DNA from: Azolla caroliniana | Lineage: Eukaryota; Plantae; Polypodiophyta | Length of the DNA: 11,696 bases | Assembly (NCBI GenBank): GCA_043228905.1 | Contig: JBHGNT010001134.1 | Location: forward strand, 1-11,696 | Reading direction: 5' to 3' | Shown: in pieces, positions 1 to 8,900 of the stretch | Numbering within the stretch: the first letter of the stretch is position 1 | Layout: each line of letters opens with the position of its first letter | Notes under the pieces: generated by a model | The model's input: only the letters and a program-made list of their open reading frames with translations | The model's database searches: none | Told to the model about the DNA's origin: nothing | Program-made: the position numbers and the translations under genes

Positions 1-176
1 GCCGTCTACTGCGTTCTTGCCATTGTGAAGTGCGCATCATTGGACATCTCGTGGTTCGGTGTGCTCGTAGTGTGCTTCATACAAACCGACGAAATGCCGA
101 TGTGACTGCAACATACACACAAACTCGGGCTAAATCTCACACCCATTTATTTTATATTTTTCTTGTTGACACCACA

Positions 177-629
177 ATGACATCTAAACGAGCTAAGGAA
201 CATAAGGATATACAAGACGAGGCTATAAGTAAAGAAGATTTTTTAGATATGTTTAACCGTTTAACAAAAATAGAGATGGATATGAAAAAATGGGCGAAAG
301 ACACCGAAACCCACAAGAAAAAAGATAGAGAGGAAAAAGATGCCCTCAAGGCCGAAATAGAAAAACTTAAAGTGGAAAACACCAACCTTAAAAAACAACT
401 TAATGACATCGAGGTATCTCGAGAGGATGGTGAAATATCCTCCATAGAGGATATAAAGGACGAGATTAAAAAAGTTAAAGAGGAAGTTAAAAATAACATA
501 GAGTTAGCTAAAACGGGTTAGGTAGACGTGGTTAAAAGAAACATTAAAAAAGAAATAAAGGATGAAAATATTGTTAATACCACCCTTGAAGAAGAGAAAA
601 TGCGTCAGGCCCGACGCTTAAATGTACGT
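177..629 (+). pseudogene. LINE ORF1, N-terminal part (coiled coil to start of RRM-like domain)
   Basis: ATG at 177. Lys/Glu-rich heptad sequence (LKAEIEKLKVENTNLKKQL). In-frame TAG at 519-521 in G*VDVVK, probably a mutated TGG. Ends RQARRLNVR at the insertion site, matching the RRxNxRIxGL motif of L1-type ORF1 proteins. Confidence 0.85.
626..629. repeat. Target-site duplication ACGT, copy 1
   Basis: Immediately precedes TGTCGTGAAGAT at 630. Identical copies at 1878-1881 and 5532-5535. Confidence 0.9.
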
Positions 630-935
630 TGTCGTGAAGATCTGTCACTAGGCGCGGATCGTGAGGCAGAACTGTCGGGGTTCTGGACCGGAAGGACTCG
701 AAGTTTGCACAAGCTTTAGCGGGAAAGGAATTAAGATAGATTGAAAGAGAGAGAGATTGAGATAAGATAGAACGCTTGATTTTAGATTGAGAGAGAGATT
801 AAGAACTCTTGACTTTAGACTTCAAGAACAAGGAGGATAACGAATTTTCTTCTTAATATTAATTTTGATTTAAAATACAAAGCTTTTTTTTCCCCCAAGA
901 AAATCCCCCCATTGATCTTTTTCATTCCCTCTTTT

Positions 936-1112
936 ATAGATGCCCTCATGCATTTGAGGGTTCAAGACATGCATAAAATGCATGTTTGCCATTTGGCGCT
1001 CATGTATTACATGTGGTGCATGATAGATGCCCTCATGCATTTGAGGGTTCAAGACATGCATAAAATGCATGTTTGCCATTTGGCGCTCATGTATTACATG
1101 TGGTGCATGATA
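936..1112. repeat. Perfect 87-bp tandem duplication inside element A
   Basis: Unit ATAGATGCCCTC...GGTGCATG at 936-1022 and 1023-1109, plus 3 nt of a third copy. Confidence 0.95.
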
Positions 1113-1188
1113 ACCATGTCACTCATTTTAGCTCTCATGTATGAGAATTTATATGTAAAAGTACAATGATAGAAATATAATTTCAACT

Positions 1189-1257
1189 AAGTATCTTGGC
1201 TTAGTGGTAAGCCAATTGACTCCTAACTTGGAGGTGCAAGGTTTGAATCCTTACTTG
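1189..1257 (+). other. tRNA-like (A-box/B-box) cassette in element A
   Basis: TGGCTTAGTGGTA (A box, from 1197) and GGTTTGAATCC (B box, 1240-1250) at tRNA spacing. D-arm-like stem TGGCTTA/TAAGCCA, T-arm AAGG/CCTT, CT-CCT-AA at the anticodon-loop position, TTTT at 1264-1267. Anticodon stem does not pair in register, so it is not a functional tRNA. Confidence 0.7.
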
Positions 1258-1266
1258 TCCTCCTTT

Positions 1267-1300
1267 TATATGTATATATATATATTTATATATTTATTTA
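1267..1300. repeat. Imperfect (TA)n microsatellite inside element A
   Basis: TATATGTATATATATATATTTATATATTTATTTA. Confidence 0.8.
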
Positions 1301-1877
1301 TCTAGTCGCCGGTTAGTCGGCGTCGGATGCTGCCGCCTTCGCCAATTGCCGTCGCCGGCTACCGGTGGTTGTCGCCAGATGTCGGTTTCACCGGCTCGCC
1401 GGCTCCGCTGGATCACCGGTTGCCGGTGTGCCACCATCGCTTTGCTGGTTGCCGCCGGATCACCGGCTCCATCTCCGGTTCGGTTTTGGTCGGCCAAAAC
1501 CTTTACAAGTGGCTAGGCCACCTCCACTCTTAGTTCAAGTTACCTTGAACTCTCTATGCTCCACACATAGAGACATAGATAATAGCTTTTGCTCTACGTT
1601 ATATATGATGAGAGCCGTATTTGTCGTACCTATGTGGGATATCTCACATTTTTCTCTTTTCCTTTCACAAACTTTATACCCTCATATCTTGACATCTAGT
1701 TGTTTGTTTCTCGTGTAATAAAGTGCATTCGAAAGCTCTTGAAGGCCTCCATCATTTTGTACTTAGATATTAAACTTATTTAAAATGTTATCTTCACTAT
1801 TATTGTTTTATGTGATTCATACTCGATTTTGTACGTTTTATGTGATTTTCACACCATTGCCAAAAATCTTCACAACA

Positions 1878-1881
1878 ACGT
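1878..1881. repeat. Target-site duplication ACGT, copy 2 (shared by elements A and B)
   Basis: The only 4 nt between the CA end of A (1877) and the TG start of B (1882). Confidence 0.9.
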
Positions 1882-2546
1882 TGTCGCGAAGATGCGCGTG
1901 CGAGCGTGCTTCGCTTGAGCGGGACCACCGGGGTCTACCAAGAAAGGAGGATGTCCGTCAAGGTATTGAGAAGAGGACGATGTGAATGTAAGATTGGAGG
2001 AAGACCTATTACACTTGAGAAGATTGAAGATTGTACACTTGAGAAGTAGATAAATAATTACAAGATAGATGCGAAGAAGAAGAAATAGAAGCTTATATTA
2101 TTGAAGGTGATAATGATGGTCATATCATATTGAGCCCCCCTCTTTACACAAGCTGTACTAGGGGTTTTATAGGTTTGTCCATGCACAAAACCATGGGCTT
2201 GGAGCCAAAGTTTCTATGCACACAATTTTGCTTTGTGACATGTAGAAAACCATGGGCTTAAAACCGTGGTTTTGTGTACACGGTTTTGTACGTTTGTTTC
2301 CTACGGAATACTGAATATGAGAAAGAAATATAGAACATCTAAAGCACTTAGTAGTAGCTTTAGTGGTAAGGTAATTGCTTCTTATCTTAGAGGTGCAAGG
2401 TTCAAATCCTACTTGCAACCCTCTACATGCACTCAATGCCATTGTGACCTAGGTTTATTTATTTTCATTTTTACAAGTATTCGTGAAATGTGTGTGGATC
2501 CTCAATTTTTGACTTTTTCTCGCACTAGACATACCACATCATGACA
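1882..2546 (-). repeat. Element B 3' LTR (665 bp)
   Basis: TGTCGCGAAGAT...CATCATGACA. Seven substitutions versus 4867-5531 by manual comparison. Minus-strand TATAAAA at 2165-2171. Confidence 0.95.
2349..2415 (+). other. tRNA-like (A-box/B-box) cassette in element B 3' LTR
   Basis: TAGCTTTAGTGGTAAG (from 2355) and GGTTCAAATCC (2399-2409). About 47/57 aligned columns identical to the element A cassette. Confidence 0.7.
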
Positions 2547-2558
2547 TCCACCCCCACC
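2547..2558 (-). promoter_or_regulatory. Polypurine tract of element B
   Basis: Minus strand GGTGGGGGTGGA directly before the TG of the 3' LTR. Confidence 0.8.
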
Positions 2559-3133
2559 AAACTGCACATCCTCCGGTATGTGCCAAGAAGAAAACAGTGA
2601 TGTGGAAGGGTCAAAGGTGGTTGGTGTTTGATTTCCTCCTTTCTTGCGCCTCGCCCGCACTGTCTTTTTGTCGTCTACTTTGAACTGTCGTTGCCATCCG
2701 ATCCACCATATCATTCGCTCACCTTTTTTATTGCCATGTCTAGTTGTCATGGCTCCCTTTGCTCCTCCCGAGCATAACGCTTCATGCCTTGTGCATGTGC
2801 CACCTTCATCTCGGCCATCTCCTTGGTCACCTAACTTTCCTTTATCATCATTTCTCGTCTCATGCTTGCCTTTCCTTATGCTCACTAGCCTCGACCGGGT
2901 GTCACGGCTCGTCTACTTCGACCTCCGTCTAGGACGATTCAACTTCTGTCTGTCTTGACCAATCAGCTTCTGGCTTGGTTGGCCTTCGTCCGGATTCGCA
3001 TTCGGCCGAATCGGACTCAGACGATCGATTTTCGTCCGGGTCAGTTTCCATCCGGTTTTTTTCGGTTGGGTCGGGCCTGGTTGATCAACTCTCGTTTGGT
3101 TCGGCTTCCATTCGGGTCGGAATACCAACCGCG

Positions 3134-4828
3134 TCATCTTCCATCCGGATTGTATTCCGGTTCTTCCTTTCTTGCCGCTATCTCTATTGTAGCTTTGTTT
3201 TTGGCGTCCTTGTTGGCCACTGTTCCTTCGTATGCGCTAGCTTCGACCCTCATCTCCTCGCCACCACCTTCCATCTCTCCGATCTTATGTTCGCTCTCGG
3301 GCACAACTGCTGAAGTCTCCAAAATTGGTGTGGAGGGATTCCTTCGTCTGTGGCCATCCTCCTCATCGTCGTTTCGGTCCTTCGATTTCCAACTGCCACC
3401 TTCCGTCTCTCCGATCTCACGTTGACACTCGGGCACAACCGAAGTCTCAGGAACAATTGTGGGGAGAACCTCGGAACCATCGGTCACCGTCTTCTCATTC
3501 GTAGCCATCTTTCGCTCAATGTTGTTATTCGCATTGTCTTCAATATTTTCTTCCCCACCACTTTCCGTCTCTTGGGTCTCATGTTGGCTCTCGGACGCAA
3601 TTGCCCAAGTCTCTAGATCAAGTGTTGGGAAAGTCTTGACACGGTCATTCGCCATGGACTCTTCCTTAGCCATCTACGACTCGATGTCGTTCCTCGTGGC
3701 TACCGCCTCAATCACGTCGACCTCGCACTCTTTACATCCCTTGATCACGCAAGCTTCCCTCATGCTTGCACCTTCATTACTCGATATTTCGGACACAACA
3801 TGTGTTCCGAAATGCTCGTCCACTCTTAAAGCAGCATTTCCCGCTCTTGAGTCTTCGGCCTTTTTCTTGACCATCGTTCCTCCATAAGTCGAGAAGGTGG
3901 ATTGTTTCACACATTCTCCCATGGTACTGTCATACCGAACTTGGGCCTTCGTATTGGCCGCATCATTAGTCTGCATTTGTTGGGAGGTCTCCTCTTCGTC
4001 GATCACCATTTTCCTCGGTTTTGTTTTCAGCTTCTCTTCAACCTCGACTTGTGCCTTTAAGTTCATGAATGCCTCTCTCATCAAGGCTTCTATGTTGAGT
4101 TCTGTCGAAGCTTCCCTCTTTGAGCTTTCTTCCTTCGGTGGGTTTTTATTGCCACATCCCATTCTCCTTTGAACATCCCTTGTGGGTCGTGTTGTTGTCG
4201 ATGAGAATCTCATCTCCCTCTTATTGTGTTGTCGACATACCCTTTCCACTTTGGCCCAATCCTCAGTGAGGCTATTTTCACCATTGTCATCCTCAAGTTG
4301 GATTCCAATGGCCTTCCTTTCATTCCGATCGATTGACTTTACAAACAACAGAACTTTATTCACCCCCACCAATCTTCGATCCTGGTCCAAGAGTTGAGCG
4401 AAGCGTTACTCAAACTCAACGAATGCATGCATAGCACTCTGGTGGGTCTTTCTCGATGACACCCATTCATGAAACTCATACAGACCTTGTCCCTTTTGTT
4501 CTTCATAACCATATGACTCTCGTAAAGCTTCTTTGAAGGACACCCACGAATCGTGATTTTTTTGAATCTCTTTAATCTCTTCGAAGATCGGTTCGGCCAT
4601 CACTCGACAAAAGTACTCCAGCCTCATTGCTTCCTCCACTCCCCTTGAATCCATTTCGGCATTGTAGGCCTTTAGAAATATTTGGACTTTGCCTCCATCG
4701 AAAAACCCGACTCACTTGATCATGCTTTCGACGGCTTGTTGGGCTGCATCTCGTGTTTTCCCTTCTCTTGAAAACTCCATCATCATCTTTGACATTGCCT
4801 TCATTAGATATTCCTCGTCCATCTTCAT
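3134..4828 (-). pseudogene. gag: gag-like ORF of element B (565 codons, three in-frame stops)
   Basis: ATG at 4828. One frame throughout: MKMDEE...IK*VGFFDGGKVQIFLKAYNAEMDSRG...SWVSFKEALRESY...FE*RFAQL...LLFVKSID...LTEDWAKVERVC, then an acidic low-complexity tail. Stops at 4712-4714 (TGA), 4406-4408 (TAA), 3674-3676 (TAG). The FDG...FL..Y and W..FK..L patterns are typical of Ty3/gypsy capsids, and the ORF starts just after the PBS. Confidence 0.8.
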
Positions 4829-4843
4829 CCTCCCCTACCGCTC

Positions 4844-4861
4844 TTCACGTCAGGTTCACCA
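4844..4861 (-). promoter_or_regulatory. Primer-binding site, tRNA-Trp
   Basis: Minus strand TGGTGAACCTGACGTGAA, 5 nt inside the 5' LTR end. The + strand TTCACGTCAGGTTCACCA matches the plant cytosolic tRNA-Trp 3' end as I recall it (TTCACGTCGGGTTCACCA) at 17/18. Confidence 0.85.
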
Positions 4862-4866
4862 AAAAA

Positions 4867-5531
4867 TGTCGCGAAGATGCGCGTGCGAGCATGCTTCGCT
4901 TGAGCGGGACCACCAAGGTCTACCAAGAAAGGAGGATGTCCGTCAAGGTATTGAGAAGAGGACGATGTGAATGTAAGATTGGAGGAAGACCTATTACACT
5001 TGAGAAGATTGAAGATTGTACACTTGAGAAGTAGATAAATAATTACAAGATAGATGCGAAGAAGAAGAAATAGAAGCTTATATTATTGAAGTTGATAATG
5101 ATGGTCATATCATATTGAGCCCCCCTCTTTACACAAGCTGTACTAGGGGTTTTATAGGTTTGTCCATGCACAAAACCATGGGCTTGGAGCCAAAGTTTCT
5201 ATGCACACAATTTTGCTTTGTGACATGTAGAAAACCATGGGCTTAAAACCGTGATTTTGTGTACACGGTTTTGTACGTTTGTTTCCTACGGAATACTGAA
5301 TATGAGAAAGAAATATAGAACATCTAAAGCACTTAGTAGTAGCTTTAGTGGTAAGGTAATTGCTTCTTATCTTAGAGGTGCAAGGTTCAAATCCTACTTG
5401 CAACCCTCTACATGCACTCAATGCCATTGTGACCTAGGTTTATTTATTTTCATTTTTACAAGTATTCGTGAAATGTGTGTGGATCCTCAATTTTTGACTT
5501 TTTCTCGCACTAGACATGCCACATCATGACG
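4867..5531 (-). repeat. Element B 5' LTR (665 bp)
   Basis: Direct repeat of 1882-2546 (offset 2985). Terminal CA is changed to CG at 5530-5531. Confidence 0.95.
5334..5400 (+). other. tRNA-like cassette in element B 5' LTR
   Basis: Identical to 2349-2415. Confidence 0.7.
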
Positions 5532-5535
5532 ACGT
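5532..5535. repeat. Target-site duplication ACGT, copy 3
   Basis: Follows the element B LTR end. LINE ORF1 resumes in frame at 5536. Confidence 0.9.
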
Positions 5536-5895
5536 GTCACTAGGCTCAAGGAAGTTGCATCCCCAGATGAGGATGCACATACACTTGGGAAAATGTTAGG
5601 GTACACAGAGGCCCTACCTGTCACCAAAGCCTGGAGGGCCGGACGTGACACAACTAGGAAGAGAGCCTTAGTCCTTCAATTTAAAGACTTAGACTCTAGA
5701 ATCACTTTCTTTAAGAAGAGACCAATTCTTCAAGGATTGGGTGGGGACCCTATCTATGTCAATGAAGACCTCACTAAAATGCAAATTGAGCATCGCAAGA
5801 GTTGTATGCCACGAGTTTTACAAGCTCGTAAAGAAGGGCATCACGCCTTTTACCAAGACGGGCGAGTGATCATAAATGATCGCACTACTAATTGA
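5536..5895 (+). pseudogene. LINE ORF1, C-terminal part (RRM/CTD-like)
   Basis: Resumes in frame after the third ACGT: ...RRLNVR|VTRLKE...KAWRAGR...RALVLQFKD...IYVNEDLT...ARKEG..AFYQDGRVIIN. Reconstructed ORF1 is about 270 codons. Confidence 0.88.
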
Positions 5896-5931
5896 CGGTG
5901 TGTGGCCCACGTGACAGAAAATACACTTAGG

Positions 5932-8900
5932 ATGACCTTATGGAATTGTAACGGCGCACTCTGGACACACCCCGGTTGCCTAGAGGAGATATTAAAGCTA
6001 TCAGATATACTTTTCTTGGTAGAAACACACCAGAGCCCAAATAGAGGACTCCCACGAGTTGAAGGATTCCGTTGGGAGTCCACTTTTAGACAAACCTCAC
6101 ATTGACACACTACCAGGGGATCTGGAGGTGTCGTGATATTGTTTCGAAGAGAGCTACATAATAGGATAGAAATATTGAGAACAGACCCAGAAGCTCGTTT
6201 TATGTGGGTGAAAGTATCCACAAGCAAGGACCGGGCAATATTTTTCGCCATTTGTTACTTTCCCCCAAAAGGATCCCGCTATAATATTGTTGGCTTGGCG
6301 AGATTAGTCGATGAAGGAATGCCACATGGGCCTTCCCCATACGAACCTCTATTGGATGACATAATCCAATATTCTTCCCAAGGAGAAGTATTCCTTGTAG
6401 GAGAGTTGAATGCGAGAACCCAATCTCGACAATGCACAATATTTCAGATGAATAGAAACCTAGAAATGGTAAATGTCGATCCTTTAGACATAGGCACCAC
6501 ACGTAGTTCAAAGGATCAAGGTGCGGACGCCACGAGATTTGGCCATCATTTGCTCGAACTTGGCAATCGGCACCGGATGGTCATATATAATGGTTTAGCC
6601 AAGTGGCCAGGCTCGGAAGAGCTCACATGTTTCCCACATGGAGGAGGGGAAAGCACAATTGATTATCTAATAGGACGCCCTAAAGCTACCCACATGATTA
6701 ACTCTTTCCGAGTGGCCCCATGCCCTATTGGCGCAAACCATAGTTTCTTATACATTGAGCTAAAATGTGATATCTGTAAGGTCACCAACTCTAGTCAACC
6801 ACGCCATCACACCACAATACATTTCACACATGAGCTCTCTGACATATACTCTCGACATGTTCAGGCCCATCTCTCCTCCCTTGATCCCTCCCTACCTTTA
6901 GAAAGCGTTAGTACGAAACTCACACACATCCTTCACTCCGCTACAGTTAGCAGTTTCCCATACACAAAACACTCAAATCAAGGTAGATCAGAATCTATGC
7001 CACAAAATAAATGGTATGATGAGGATTGTAGGGACTTACATAGACAACTTACAATATCACAACTCAGTGGTAGCATTAACTCAATACAAGCTTGCAAAGA
7101 AATGCGCAAGATGACATGTCATAAGAGACGAGCGTGGGAGGCATCCCAATATTGGGAACTCTACCATATGCTTATGAGTAGTGATTGCGTCACAGCATGG
7201 AAAAGACTACGAGAGCCAAGACCTCAAACACCCATTGAAGATCCCGAAACCTGGCACACATATATACAGAGAGACTTTACCAAATCCCAAACCAACCACC
7301 CATTCCAATGCCTTCCACACCCCGGCCTACCACGGGGACACTTTTCATGACCTCTAGGGTCGCGAAGGTCATAAAGAAATTACAACATAGGAAGTCCATG
7401 GACCACACAAGATTACGAGCAGAACACATTATATATGCGAGAGAGTGCCTAGCTCCCTTGCTAACTCTAATCTTCAATCGTGCCCTTGCGGAGGGTTTTC
7501 CACCACAATGGACTATGAACACAATGGTCCCCATACATAAAGGGGGGAACCCCATGGACCCAAATACATATAGGACCATTATGATAGGTCATACACTTGC
7601 TAAATTATATGGTGCAGTAATGGAAGCAGAGCTTAGGGATTATATGGAGACCCTAAATCTTCGTGCACTTGAACAAGCTGGCTTTAGACGAGCCTTCTCC
7701 ACTATTGATCATATATTCCCACTTAGATTCTTAATTGACCAAACTAAGACTCGCAAGAAGAAATTATATAGATGTTTTGTGGACTTCCGCAAAACCTTTG
7801 ACACAGTCCCTAGAGAGCGGTTGTTTGATAGGCTTAAAAGCTTTAGGATACCAGATGAGATGGTCTGGGCCATCTACGCACTATATGAACAGGTGTCTAG
7901 GTGTGTCCGATGCCCAGGTGGCCTATCTAATTGTTTCACTACCACTATTGATGTAAAACAAGGTTGCCCCCTATCACTGACACTTTTTGGGATCTACATT
8001 GATGAGATCACAGATTTTATTGCTCATAAGGGAGGCCACAGAGTAGTCCTTGGGGATACGCAGGTTTGTATCTTGCTCTATGCAGATGACATAGTTTTGC
8101 TCTCTGAATCCGAACATGACCTATAAAGGCACCTTAATGCCTTAGATGACTTTTGTGCACAACGAGGATTGGTAGTGAATCTAGGGAAAACTAAAGTCCG
8201 CATCTTCCACACATCGGCCCAAGTTAGAGCTAAGTGTCACCTAACTATCTCCCATAGCCCAGTTGAGGTGGTTGGATCATATGTCTATCTCGGAGTCACT
8301 TTCAGTGCCTGCTTTGGTAAATTTTCGATGACACAGACAACGAAGGATAGACTTATGAGAGGACTTGTATCCCTCTCACTACTTGAGAGACAATGCCACC
8401 AAGCATACTTTCAAGAGCCATGGACTAAAGGGTGGCTATTTGACTCATTAGTGACCCCCTCCCTCATGTATGCATCAACGGTTTGGGCTCCAGGATTACC
8501 ATATTTCATGTGGACGCAATTAGAGAGACCATTGGTGATGATGTTATCACGTCAACTTCGAAGCAAATCGACAGTACCACATGACATTATTAGGACTGAG
8601 TTCACGTTACCCCCAATGTAGGTTATGCCACATAGAGATAGAGGATGAGTATCACTTTACATGCAAGTGTCCAACCTACGCTGAGATAAGGGCAAAATAC
8701 CAAGACATACTTGGTTCCTCTCCCACCCTCCCCAAACTATTAGATACTCTAGATATAAAGAAATTGGGCAAATACATTCTAGAGCTAAAACAACGCAGAG
8801 AGAATACGTTACAAAATGTTGCTAATGTTCACCAACATGACATAATAAATGAAGTTTTTCTAGAACAGGGGGAGACAACGAATGTCGACACACCTGCACC

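Larger units (their letters stand above)
630..1877 (-). mobile_element. Element A: solo-LTR-like insertion (1248 bp), probably Ty3/gypsy
   Basis: TG...CA ends with an 11/12 terminal inverted repeat (TGTCGTGAAGAT / ATCTTCACAACA), flanked by ACGT on both sides. No recognisable coding domain. Left end is 11/12 identical to the left end of the element B LTRs. Minus-strand TATAAAA at 932-938. Strand inferred from similarity to B. Confidence 0.8.
1882..5531 (-). mobile_element. Element B: non-autonomous gag-only LTR retrotransposon (TR-GAG-like, Ty3/gypsy type)
   Basis: Two 665-bp direct LTRs, PBS next to the right LTR, PPT next to the left LTR, a single-frame gag-like ORF on the minus strand, no recognisable protease/RT/RNaseH/integrase motif, and a 4-bp ACGT TSD. 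Confidence 0.92.

Noticed and set aside
30-176. N-terminal extension of ORF1 from the GTG at 30
   Set aside because: Non-ATG start in a eukaryotic element. The first ATG at 177 coincides with the start of the charged coiled-coil sequence, so 30-176 is treated as 5' UTR.
936-1112. Possible CRISPR-like repeat array
   Set aside because: Two adjacent identical 87-bp units with no spacers, inside a eukaryotic LTR, and no cas genes. It is a simple tandem duplication.
1189-1257. Functional tRNA-Arg(CCT) gene
   Set aside because: The anticodon stem does not pair in register, the acceptor stem is incomplete and the B box has T at the invariant C56. Kept only as tRNA-like.
870-2544. Short ORFs within LTRs (870-1079, 912-1169, 1294-1718, 1785-1985, 2167-2544 and their copies at 5152-5529)
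   Set aside because: They arise from tandem repeats or GC-rich tracts, or are duplicated simply because the LTR is. No recognisable domains.
2502-3137. Minus-strand ORFs 2502-2885 and 2913-3137 as integrase or chromodomain remnants
   Set aside because: No HHCC, DDE, GPY/F or chromodomain motif is recognisable. An HMM search would be needed to exclude a highly diverged remnant.
2955-4397. Plus-strand Ser/Leu/Phe-rich ORFs as membrane proteins or env
   Set aside because: They are antisense shadows of the Glu/Lys-rich gag frame. The same applies to 152-499 on the minus strand opposite ORF1.
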